Source: Gemmatimonadales bacterium
Lineage (GTDB): Bacteria; Gemmatimonadota; Gemmatimonadetes; Gemmatimonadales; GWC2-71-9
Direction: 5' to 3'
DNA length: 64,000 nucleotides
Assembly (NCBI GenBank): GCA_041577295.1
Contig: JBFGJG010000001.1
Coordinates: 32,001 to 96,000, forward strand
This document shows, in pieces, positions 38,947 to 47,384 of this stretch; position 1 is the first letter of the stretch; each line of letters opens with the position of its first letter. A model generated the notes under the pieces. It was given only the letters and a program-made list of their open reading frames with translations. It was not told the origin of the DNA and searched no databases. The translations under genes were made by a program, and so were the position numbers.

Positions 38947-40365
38947 ATGGTGTGGGACGGTCGAGCAGTTTGCGGCATGATCGGCCTGGTAGGCCTGTGG
39001 ACGCTTGGCTGTATCGACGACGATGCGGTGTTCGCGAATCTCAGACCCTTTGATGAGCCACCCGCCGCCGCCCAGGGATTTCTGGGATATGCCTCAGGAA
39101 CTGGTGAACGCCGTCCCATCTGTGGCAATTGCCACGTTGGCAAAGCTGCTGAGTGGAGAGAAACCCGGCACGCGCACGCCTGGCGCACGCTGCAGGAGAG
39201 TGGGTTCATCGAACGTTCCTGCGAAGCGTGCCACACCGTGAGCGATTACGGCAACCTCGTCGAGCAATCCGAGGTTGCCTGGACAGCCACTCGAGATCCG
39301 CGGTACCAGGACGTGCAATGCGAAAGCTGCCACGGTCCGGGCTTGGATCATGTCACGAACCCCGATGCGTTCCAACCGTTACCACCCCTGGACGTTGGAA
39401 TCGAATTGACGACGGGATGCGGCGAATGTCACCAAGGGACGCACCAGCCGTTTGTCGAAGAGTGGGCGCAGTCGCGTCATGGAAACATGAATCCCGCGCC
39501 CCAGCGACAAGCGGCGTGCGTCCAGTGCCACGAGGCCCGTGGGATCTTCAAAGCGTGGGGAGTTCGAGCCGATTACGTGGAGAAGGAGCGGACCACACCG
39601 ATTCCCATCACGTGTGGAGTGTGTCACGATCCACACGATGCGACCAACGCCCACCAGTTGCGCTTCACGATCGAAGAGCCGAACGAAGACACCAATCTCT
39701 GCATGAAGTGCCATTTTCGTGGCGGCACCCCCGATCCAGCCTCAAGCTCTAGGCCTCATTCTCCGCAGGGTCCCCTCCTGCTGGGTGTGGCTGGCTGGCG
39801 TCCTCCCGGTTTCACGTTCGCCGACGACACGATTGTGGGTACTCATGGAACTCGGCAAAACCCCCGCATGTGTGCCACATGTCATGTCAACCGTCTCGAA
39901 GTTACCGATGCCCAAACCGGCGCATTCGTCTTCGACGCCACGGGTCACCTCTTTCTCGCCGTGCCGTGCCTCGATGTGGAGGGGAAACCAACGGGGGAGC
40001 GGGATTGTGACGTGAGTCGCCGCAGTTTCGAGGGGTGCACTCAGAGTGGGTGTCACGGCTCGGCCACGGCAGCGAGTGCTGCGTACGTGGTAGCGCAAAA
40101 TCGAATCGCAGCGCTCGTGAGCTCGCTCGAGGAACTTCTCGGACAGCTTCCGGTGTCTGAGTTCAACCCGACCGACGGGCGCTTGACCACGGCAGAGGGA
40201 GCACAGTTCAACGCACAACTCGGTGCGCTGCGGGGATCGGCGATCCACAACCCGTTTCTGATGGAGAGCCTGCTCGAGGAAAGCATCGATCAGGTGGAAA
40301 TGGACTACGGGCTTGGATCGGCCGCTTCTGCAAGTTTGCGTCGGGCGGTCCGTACCATCTTCTGA
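38947..40365 (+). CDS. Multiheme c-type cytochrome lipoprotein (8 CxxCH + 1 CX4CH), paralog A
   Basis: Lipobox TLGC; CGNCH, CEACH, CESCH, CGECH, CVQCH, CGVCH, CMKCH, CATCH, CTQSGCH; C-terminal helices with IHNPF. Confidence 0.92.
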   Translation: MVWDGRAVCGMIGLVGLWTLGCIDDDAVFANLRPFDEPPAAAQGFLGYASGTGERRPICGNCHVGKAAEWRETRHAHAWRTLQESGFIERSCEACHTVSDYGNLVEQSEVAWTATRDPRYQDVQCESCHGPGLDHVTNPDAFQPLPPLDVGIELTTGCGECHQGTHQPFVEEWAQSRHGNMNPAPQRQAACVQCHEARGIFKAWGVRADYVEKERTTPIPITCGVCHDPHDATNAHQLRFTIEEPNEDTNLCMKCHFRGGTPDPASSSRPHSPQGPLLLGVAGWRPPGFTFADDTIVGTHGTRQNPRMCATCHVNRLEVTDAQTGAFVFDATGHLFLAVPCLDVEGKPTGERDCDVSRRSFEGCTQSGCHGSATAASAAYVVAQNRIAALVSSLEELLGQLPVSEFNPTDGRLTTAEGAQFNAQLGALRGSAIHNPFLMESLLEESIDQVEMDYGLGSAASASLRRAVRTIF

Positions 40366-40389
40366 AGGTGGTGCACGACAAGGAGGTGG

Positions 40390-41250
40390 TTGCCTTCCGT
40401 GTCGACGAAGAGAACTGGGACTACGCGTTATCGAATGCTTGGCACCGTCGTGCTGATGATGATCGCGCCGTCGCTCGCAGGGTGTGGAAGAGAGGGACCT
40501 GACGAGGTGGTGGAAGAGGCCGAGGCGCAGGCCGACTCCGTGCCGGAGGAATCGCCCAAACGACGCGTCCGGGTTCGCAGGGCCGCTGCAGAATCACAGT
40601 TCGCCCACGGTCCCCATCGGGACATCGCGTGTAGAACCTGTCACCGCACAGTCGCCAGCCACGCAACTCACCAGGAACTCGATTGCGTCGAGTGTCACGG
40701 GACGCCGGTCGAATACGCCACGCTGCGAGTGCTTTCGGAGTCCGAATGCTTGGACTGTCATCACGGGGGGGATACGGGACTCGGCTGTGCCGACTGCCAC
40801 GAGGTTGCGCCACTCGCAGGAACGGTAAAGGTGGCGGCGCTGCTCAAGCTCTCGAGCTGGGATCAGCCACAAGAGCGCGAATTGTCATTCGATCACTCTT
40901 GGCATGCGGATATCGAATGCGGTGAATGCCATGCCGCGACCATCATACACGACGTGAGCGCCGAGTGTGGATCCTGTCATGAGGACCACCACCAGACGAA
41001 TGTGACGTGCTCCCGGTGTCATGAGCCGGCAGACGAGAAAGTGCATGCCGAGGCGGCGCATGCGGGCTGTGGCGGCGCCGGCTGCCACCAGAACGCGGTG
41101 GTCGCAGCCTTTCCTCCAAACCGGCCTATCTGCCTTTCATGCCACGCGGACATGGTGGACCACGAAGCGCCCGAAAAAGCGTGCGCCGATTGCCACGCGA
41201 TCCCCGCTACGTGGCGCCGTCGCTCGGCGGGACTGGGAGGAGTCCCGTGA
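40390..41250 (+). CDS. Decaheme c-type cytochrome lipoprotein (9 CxxCH + 1 CX4CH)
   Basis: AGGAGG RBS; lipobox LAGC; CRTCH, CVECH, CLDCH, CADCH, CGECH, CGSCH, CSRCH, CGGAGCH, CLSCH, CADCH; start uncertain. Confidence 0.9.
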   Translation: MPSVSTKRTGTTRYRMLGTVVLMMIAPSLAGCGREGPDEVVEEAEAQADSVPEESPKRRVRVRRAAAESQFAHGPHRDIACRTCHRTVASHATHQELDCVECHGTPVEYATLRVLSESECLDCHHGGDTGLGCADCHEVAPLAGTVKVAALLKLSSWDQPQERELSFDHSWHADIECGECHAATIIHDVSAECGSCHEDHHQTNVTCSRCHEPADEKVHAEAAHAGCGGAGCHQNAVVAAFPPNRPICLSCHADMVDHEAPEKACADCHAIPATWRRRSAGLGGVP

Positions 41251-42719
41251 TGGCAGGGCGTTGGCTCGCGGTTTTCCTCGCATCGTCAATCGCTCCGGCA
41301 ACGGTGGTCTCGGCGCAGACCGTGCGAATCTCCGGCGTGACCACGTTTCAGTACCTGGAGGTGCGCCCACTCGAAACTGACAGTATTCCGGCAGAAGACG
41401 CCCTTGGCAGCGGGCTGCTCCGTCGGACCGAAGACGGCTACGTCGTGCGCTGCATCTCCGGTGACGCCTTCTGCCGGTTCCGGCGTATGATCGCACCCAC
41501 CGTCACGGTCCCAGCTATCCAAGACATCGCCGTAAGCGTCTGGGGGCTCGGCCCTGGACTCCGCGCGTATGGGCGGCTCCGTGGTCGTGCGGTCTTGTCT
41601 GGTGAGGAATTGATCTGGCCCCGTGGCGACGACCGGCTCGACGTCATGGCGGCGTTTGTGGAGTTCGAGCGGTCGGCGTTTCGGATCCGCGGTGGTCGGC
41701 AGTGGAAGACCTCTGGCCTCGGCTTTTACAACTTCGACGGCGGCGCAGTAGTCGTCCGCCCGCTTCGCGGGTTGTCCATCGAGGCCTACGGTGGCTGGGG
41801 GCTCGTCCGCGGCGTGCACGAGCCTCTGACGAGCGACGAGGTGAATGCCTTCGAGCCCTTTGCCCCCGATGCGCGCCCATACGTGCTGGGAGCGCAGATC
41901 AGCCTCCGCCCACTTCGGAATATTGCATTCAGCGCTCTGTACCAGCGGGAGATTCGAAACGACCGTCTGGGTCTCTACTCGGAGCGGGTGGCCGCCGACG
42001 CCGTGGTTCGGATTGGTGAAACATCCGTCGCCGGAGATCTGAACGTCGACCTCGGCACCGGCGTGATCAACGAAGCCCGTCTGCGAATGTGGTTACCAAC
42101 CTTCGAAGGCGTGACCCTTGGTCCGTATTTCCGCCATCACCGCCCCTTCTTCGAGTTGTGGACTATCTGGGGTGCGTTCAGCCCGGTCGGGTTCGACGAA
42201 GCAGGGCTGCGCGCGGCCTGGCAGCAACCGGATATCCCCGTTCGCATCGAGGCGTGGGGTGCGGGCCGCCATTACTCTGAGGCCGATGCGCAAACGCTGT
42301 TCGGCACGGTGCGCGCGACAACGTGGCGTGTGGGAACTCGCATCAGCGCGCAGCTCGCGCCGGAGTGGGAGCTGCAAGGACACTACCAGGGTCACGTGGG
42401 TTTTGGGGCTGCCACGAGCGATCTCGGCCTTCGACTACAGCGTCGCCTCGGCAACGCACTCGTCGCGGTCAATGCAGGCGCATTCCAACGCCTGTACGAG
42501 CTCCGTGAGGATGAAGGAACGGTGCTGCTCGGGGGCGTCGACGCCAGCTCACCACTCGGGCCGAGGACTCGCATCACCGCAGCGCTTGCGGCGTACCGTC
42601 ACCGCGCGGGTGCGGATGCCCCAGACACCGACTGGACGCAGCTCCGGGGTTCCTTCCGGTTCGAGTGGATCCTCGGAACCGAGCCCCGATGGTCCGGCAG
42701 CGCGCGGAGAGTACCATGA
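41250..42719 (+). CDS. Outer-membrane beta-barrel protein (putative cytochrome-insulating porin)
   Basis: Signal peptide ending VSA-Q; many alternating amphipathic strands (LSIEAYGGW, WELQGHYQGH); terminal LRGSFRFEW strand; no heme motif; overlaps both neighbours. Confidence 0.75.
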   Translation: MAGRWLAVFLASSIAPATVVSAQTVRISGVTTFQYLEVRPLETDSIPAEDALGSGLLRRTEDGYVVRCISGDAFCRFRRMIAPTVTVPAIQDIAVSVWGLGPGLRAYGRLRGRAVLSGEELIWPRGDDRLDVMAAFVEFERSAFRIRGGRQWKTSGLGFYNFDGGAVVVRPLRGLSIEAYGGWGLVRGVHEPLTSDEVNAFEPFAPDARPYVLGAQISLRPLRNIAFSALYQREIRNDRLGLYSERVAADAVVRIGETSVAGDLNVDLGTGVINEARLRMWLPTFEGVTLGPYFRHHRPFFELWTIWGAFSPVGFDEAGLRAAWQQPDIPVRIEAWGAGRHYSEADAQTLFGTVRATTWRVGTRISAQLAPEWELQGHYQGHVGFGAATSDLGLRLQRRLGNALVAVNAGAFQRLYELREDEGTVLLGGVDASSPLGPRTRITAALAAYRHRAGADAPDTDWTQLRGSFRFEWILGTEPRWSGSARRVP

Positions 42720-44122
42720 AGCGGCGCGGAGTGCTCGCGGCGGGCCTCGTGATGCTCGTGCTGTCGGCCGCGTGGGCTCGCAGTCTCCAGGACCGGTTTC
42801 CACACCAAGATCACGAAGGCGTATTCCCTGTGTGCACGGGGTGCCATGAGGGGATCCTCAGCGGAGTGGCCGCCGACAACTATCCCGATTCCGCTGAGTG
42901 TGTGGAATGCCATGACGGGGTCACCGAGGAGCGCGTCGAATGGGCCAGGCCGGAGGTGAAGCCGTCCAACATCGTCTTCGACCACACAGGCCATACGGAA
43001 GCGACCACGCAGGCGGGTGACACGGCGACATGCCTCACGTGCCATCGCTTGGAAGGCGTGGAGGGGATCATGGCGGCGGGGCGAGCGGTACCGGAACGTT
43101 GCATTACCTGCCACGCGCACGAGGCTCCGGAACATCTGGCGGAAGCAGCGGACTGCCGGCTGTGTCACCTCCCGATCGCCCAGGCGACGTCGCTATTCCT
43201 CGCGAGAATCGAGGCGTTCCCCAAGCCGGCCGCACACGACACCGAACAATTCGTGGGACAGCACGAACCTACGTCTCCCGAGGCTGAGGCGTCGTGTGCC
43301 GTGTGCCATGCGCAGGAGAGCTGTACGCGTTGCCATCTCAACGGGCCGTCTGTCGCCTTGATCGCCAACCTACCCCGTGATGCTCGGATCGCCGAGTACA
43401 CCAGAGGTTTGGCGGCCGAATATCCGCTCCCGAGTGATCACAAGCGAACAGATTGGCGCTTTACGCACCCGGAAGCGGCTGAAGTCGAGGTGGGACGCTG
43501 CGCCAACTGCCATGCGCAACCGAGCTGTCGGACATGCCACCTGGAGGCGGAGGTGACCGAGATCGCAGCGCTACCACATCCAATAGCGGATGGGGCACCG
43601 GGCGTGTTCCAGAGCGAGGCACTCGCTGTTCATCCGGTCGGCTTCACAGGTACGCACGGGGCGGAAGCGGCGGCCAGCGAGCAGACCTGTTGGAGTTGTC
43701 ATGCCGATCAGGTTTTCTGTGTCGACTGTCACGAGGGACCGTCCGAAGCACGCTTCCACGTCGGGAACTTCCGGGAACGCCACGGCGTCTTGGCCTATGG
43801 TGGCGAGCAAGACTGCTCGTCCTGCCATAGCACCGAGGCGTTTTGTCGGGCTTGTCACGCTGGCATCGGGTTCGCGTCCGATGGAAGGGCCGACTTCGCG
43901 TTCCACAACGCCAAACCCTTCTGGCTGCTGGGGCATGGCCGAGCCGCGCGGCAAGGCTTGGCAACCTGCGCCAGCTGTCATGCCCAAACCGATTGCGCGC
44001 AATGCCACTCCGCAGTGGGAGCATGGCGCATTAACCCCCACGGTCCTGAGTTTGACGGATCACGCGTTCAAGAGCGCAACCAGTTCACGTGTCTGCAATG
44101 TCACCGCGAGCCCCCGGAGTGA
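42716..44122 (+). CDS. 16-heme periplasmic c-type cytochrome
   Basis: Signal peptide MKRR...AWA; 16 CxxCH by hand count, ten of them in five CxxCH-x4-5-CxxCH pairs. Confidence 0.92.
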   Translation: MKRRGVLAAGLVMLVLSAAWARSLQDRFPHQDHEGVFPVCTGCHEGILSGVAADNYPDSAECVECHDGVTEERVEWARPEVKPSNIVFDHTGHTEATTQAGDTATCLTCHRLEGVEGIMAAGRAVPERCITCHAHEAPEHLAEAADCRLCHLPIAQATSLFLARIEAFPKPAAHDTEQFVGQHEPTSPEAEASCAVCHAQESCTRCHLNGPSVALIANLPRDARIAEYTRGLAAEYPLPSDHKRTDWRFTHPEAAEVEVGRCANCHAQPSCRTCHLEAEVTEIAALPHPIADGAPGVFQSEALAVHPVGFTGTHGAEAAASEQTCWSCHADQVFCVDCHEGPSEARFHVGNFRERHGVLAYGGEQDCSSCHSTEAFCRACHAGIGFASDGRADFAFHNAKPFWLLGHGRAARQGLATCASCHAQTDCAQCHSAVGAWRINPHGPEFDGSRVQERNQFTCLQCHREPPE

Positions 44123-44124
44123 CG

Positions 44125-45435
44125 ATGCTCAAGAGCGGTGGGGGTTGTTGGCGCACAGGGCGATCGATGGTCACGCTCGCTCTCGTCGCACTCGGGATTC
44201 CCGTGGGTGCCGCCAGTCAGGGCGTGCCACAGGATGACGATTGCATTCGCTGTCACCTCGACCTCGATGAAGAGCGTCTCGTACGGCCCGCGCAGGACTA
44301 CGAGACCGATCTGCACGCGGAGGTAGGCTTTGGTTGCCTAGACTGTCACGGTCCAGCGGCGGGACTCGCCGTTGGCACAGGGTTTCTCGGGAAGCCGGAA
44401 CGTAGACAGGTGGCACAGCTCTGTGGCCGCTGTCATTCGGACGCCGACTTCATGCGTCAGTTTGACCCGGCGTTGCGCGTCGATCAGGTAACCGAATACG
44501 CCACCTCAGTACATGGACGGCGCCTGGCGCGCGATAACGATCGAAACGTCGCCGTGTGTACCAGTTGTCATCCGGCTCATGCCATCAAGCCGCCCTCTGA
44601 TCCCCAGTCCAGCGTCCATCCTCTGAACGTCGGGCGTCTCTGCGGTAACTGCCACTCTGACCCTGACGTTGTAGGGCAATACGACGTGCGCACCGATCAG
44701 GAAGCGCGTTACGAGCGAAGCGTCCACTGGCGCTGGATGACGGAGGAAGAAGACCTCTCTGCACCGACGTGCAATGACTGCCATGGAAACCATGGAGCAG
44801 CTCCGCCCGGGGTTTTGTCAGTCCAAAACGTCTGTGGACAGTGCCACAGCGTCATGCAGACGTTTTTCGACGAGAGTGCACATGCTGAGTACTTTGGCGA
44901 CGCCAATCTTCCAAGTTGTGCCACCTGCCATGGCAATCACGAAATCGACTCAACTAATGACGAGATGCTACTGACCTTTGCTGACAGCGTTTGCGCTCTA
45001 TGCCATACGCAGGGCGACACGCTCGCCGGCATCCTCCCCGTGATGAAGACGCTCATCGACTCGTTGCGCGAGAGTCGTGAACGCGCCCACGAGATCCTGC
45101 TTGAAGCGCGCAATGCGGGAATGGAGGTCAGTCGTGCGCAGTTTGAGTTGGAAGATGCGACTAACGCACTTGTCAAGGCGCGAACGGCCATACACGCGTT
45201 CACCGCCGATTCCGTAAAGCAGGAAATGGAGGCTGGTCTCGTGATCACGCGAAATGCATACGAACGTGGTGTCGAGGCTCTCGACGAGCATCTCTTTCGG
45301 CGGCAGGGGCTGGCGGTTTCCGTTGCTCTGATTCTCGTGCTCATAGCGGGCCTGATGATGAAAATCCGCCAGCTCGAGCGGTCCAGCAGGGTGACCGACG
45401 CGCAGCAAGGCGACATCAGCTGGGGAGGTCGTTGA
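44125..45435 (+). CDS. 9-heme c-type cytochrome with C-terminal membrane anchor
   Basis: CIRCH, CLDCH, CGRCH, CTSCH, CGNCH, CNDCH, CGQCH, CATCH, CALCH; helical stalk, then TM GLAVSVALILVLIAGLMM; start may be 44167. Confidence 0.9.
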   Translation: MLKSGGGCWRTGRSMVTLALVALGIPVGAASQGVPQDDDCIRCHLDLDEERLVRPAQDYETDLHAEVGFGCLDCHGPAAGLAVGTGFLGKPERRQVAQLCGRCHSDADFMRQFDPALRVDQVTEYATSVHGRRLARDNDRNVAVCTSCHPAHAIKPPSDPQSSVHPLNVGRLCGNCHSDPDVVGQYDVRTDQEARYERSVHWRWMTEEEDLSAPTCNDCHGNHGAAPPGVLSVQNVCGQCHSVMQTFFDESAHAEYFGDANLPSCATCHGNHEIDSTNDEMLLTFADSVCALCHTQGDTLAGILPVMKTLIDSLRESRERAHEILLEARNAGMEVSRAQFELEDATNALVKARTAIHAFTADSVKQEMEAGLVITRNAYERGVEALDEHLFRRQGLAVSVALILVLIAGLMMKIRQLERSSRVTDAQQGDISWGGR

Positions 45436-45914
45436 TGGAGGAAACGCACCGTACCACACTCTCTCGCAAGACGTTCATCGAGTGGCTTCTCAGCAGATCG
45501 CTGACCACATGGTTGTTGAGTTCCGGGATTGGTGGGCTCGTCGCGGCCGTGCTCTATCCCGTGACCCGCTATCTCATTCCACCCGAGGTCCGAGAGTCAG
45601 CGGTTTCGTCCGTCACGCTGCCTCTCAAGCCCAATGAGATCGCCACAAACTCGGGACAGATCTTCAAGTTTGGAAACCAACCGGGCCTCTTAGTGCGCAC
45701 GCCAGCGGGTGAGCTACGGGCGTTTTCGGCTCGCTGTACACACTTGGATTGCATCGTTCAATACCGAGAGGACCTCAGTGAGATCTGGTGCGCCTGCCAC
45801 AATGGTCACTTTGATCTGGCGGGGCGCAACGTCTCCGGGCCACCGCCGGAGCCATTGCCGGCGTACGACGTCAGGGTTCGGGGAGACCAAATTGTCGTCA
45901 GCAAGAGGACATGA
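45435..45914 (+). CDS. Rieske [2Fe-2S] subunit of a Rieske/cytochrome b complex
   Basis: CTHLDC and CACHNG boxes, GPPPEPL, N-terminal TM with Tat-like SRKTF. Confidence 0.93.
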   Translation: MEETHRTTLSRKTFIEWLLSRSLTTWLLSSGIGGLVAAVLYPVTRYLIPPEVRESAVSSVTLPLKPNEIATNSGQIFKFGNQPGLLVRTPAGELRAFSARCTHLDCIVQYREDLSEIWCACHNGHFDLAGRNVSGPPPEPLPAYDVRVRGDQIVVSKRT

Positions 45915-46097
45915 TCGTATGCTCAGGCTCGCGGTGCGGATTCGCTACGCGCGAGAATGTCGGATCGTGACGAGTCGGCGCCGTACACGCCCTCATGCTC
46001 GCACCCGGTTACAAAGCGAGAGGCTCGTGGATCGTGGCGCGTCACCTCGCGGGTGCGTGCGCGGACGTACGATCGCTGTGGCCTGGGGACACTAGGT

Positions 46098-47192
46098 ATG
46101 GAGAGCTTGTTGATTCGTGTCAGGGTCGTGCTCGGGTGGCTCGAGCGCCGAACCGGGCTCTCCGCGTTGCTGCCGCTCGCCCGGAAGAAGGAGGTGCCCA
46201 TCCACCGACATACCATCTGGTACTACTTGGGGGGAATGGTGCTGTTTCTCTTTATCCTCCAGGTAAGCACCGGCATTCTCCTCATGTTCTACTACCGCCC
46301 GAGCGCTGAGGAAGCGTACGAGTCGGTGCAGTTCCTGATGGCGGAGGTGCAGTTCGGATGGCTCATCCGGTCGATCCACGGGTGGGGGGCGAACCTGATG
46401 ATCTTCATGATGTTCATTCATCTGTTCAGCGTGATGCTCCTGAAGGCGTATCGCTCCCCCAGAGAGCTGACGTGGTTTACGGGCTTTGGGCTCTTCGGTG
46501 TCGTGTTGGGGCTCGGGTTCACAGGCTACCTGCTCCCGTGGAACGAACTCGCATTCTTCGCAACTCGCGTCGGTACCGAAATTCCTGGCGTGCTCCCCGT
46601 GTTGGGCGGATTCATCCGGGAATTCCTCCGGGGTGGTGAAGATGTCACTGGCGCCACCTTGACGCGGTTTTATGCGTTCCACGTGTCCGTGCTGCCCGCG
46701 CTGTGCTTCCTCCTCATTGTGCTGCACGTCATCCTGGTCCAGAGGCATGGTATGAGCATCCCTCCAGGGGTTCGCGAGCGCGGGGGACCCCGCGGGGCTT
46801 TCAAGTTTGTTCCGAACTTTCTGCTGCGTGACATCATCGGATGGCTGGCGGCGCTGGCAATCCTGGCAGCCCTTGCAGCGTTCTTGCCAGCCCACCTCGG
46901 GGAGAAAGCCGATCCATTTGCCCCAGCGCCTGCGGGGATCAAACCCGAGTGGTACTTCATGTTCATGTTTCAGACATTAAAGATCTTGCCAAGCCACATC
47001 CTCGGGATCGAAGGCGAAGTGATCGGCGTCGTGGGGTTTGGGGTAGCCGGCGTTGTCCTACTGCTAGTGCCCTTCCTCGACCGCGGAACGTCTCGGGCCC
47101 AGAGCCGTTTCTGGACCCTGCTTTCGATCGGTTCGATTGTCTACATCATCGTCCTGACGATTCTCGGGTATCTGGAGGAGCCAACGCATTGA
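46098..47192 (+). CDS. Cytochrome b (fused b6 + subunit IV-like, ~7 TM)
   Basis: [32 protein letters not shown] and IKPEWYF motifs. Confidence 0.94.
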   Translation: MESLLIRVRVVLGWLERRTGLSALLPLARKKEVPIHRHTIWYYLGGMVLFLFILQVSTGILLMFYYRPSAEEAYESVQFLMAEVQFGWLIRSIHGWGANLMIFMMFIHLFSVMLLKAYRSPRELTWFTGFGLFGVVLGLGFTGYLLPWNELAFFATRVGTEIPGVLPVLGGFIREFLRGGEDVTGATLTRFYAFHVSVLPALCFLLIVLHVILVQRHGMSIPPGVRERGGPRGAFKFVPNFLLRDIIGWLAALAILAALAAFLPAHLGEKADPFAPAPAGIKPEWYFMFMFQTLKILPSHILGIEGEVIGVVGFGVAGVVLLLVPFLDRGTSRAQSRFWTLLSIGSIVYIIVLTILGYLEEPTH

Positions 47193-47245
47193 GATCCGTC
47201 GGTGGAGCGCCCATCTCGCCCGCCTCAACGTCCCACCGTGCAAGA

Positions 47246-47296
47246 CTCTTCAGACCGCCTTTAGCATCTCTTATGACCGTCTTCAGAAAGTCTTGG
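47246..47296 (+). promoter_or_regulatory. Putative operator: five 11-bp-spaced CTTnn direct repeats
   Basis: CTTCA(47248)/CTTTA(47259)/CTTAT(47270)/CTTCA(47281)/CTTGG(47292). Confidence 0.6.
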
Positions 47297-47384
47297 CCCG
47301 CGTGATCGCCTTTTAGAGCACCCGCCATCGTCTTCCACGGTGTGCCGCAGGTTGAGCACACCTCTGACCGGGAGAGCCGACGCT

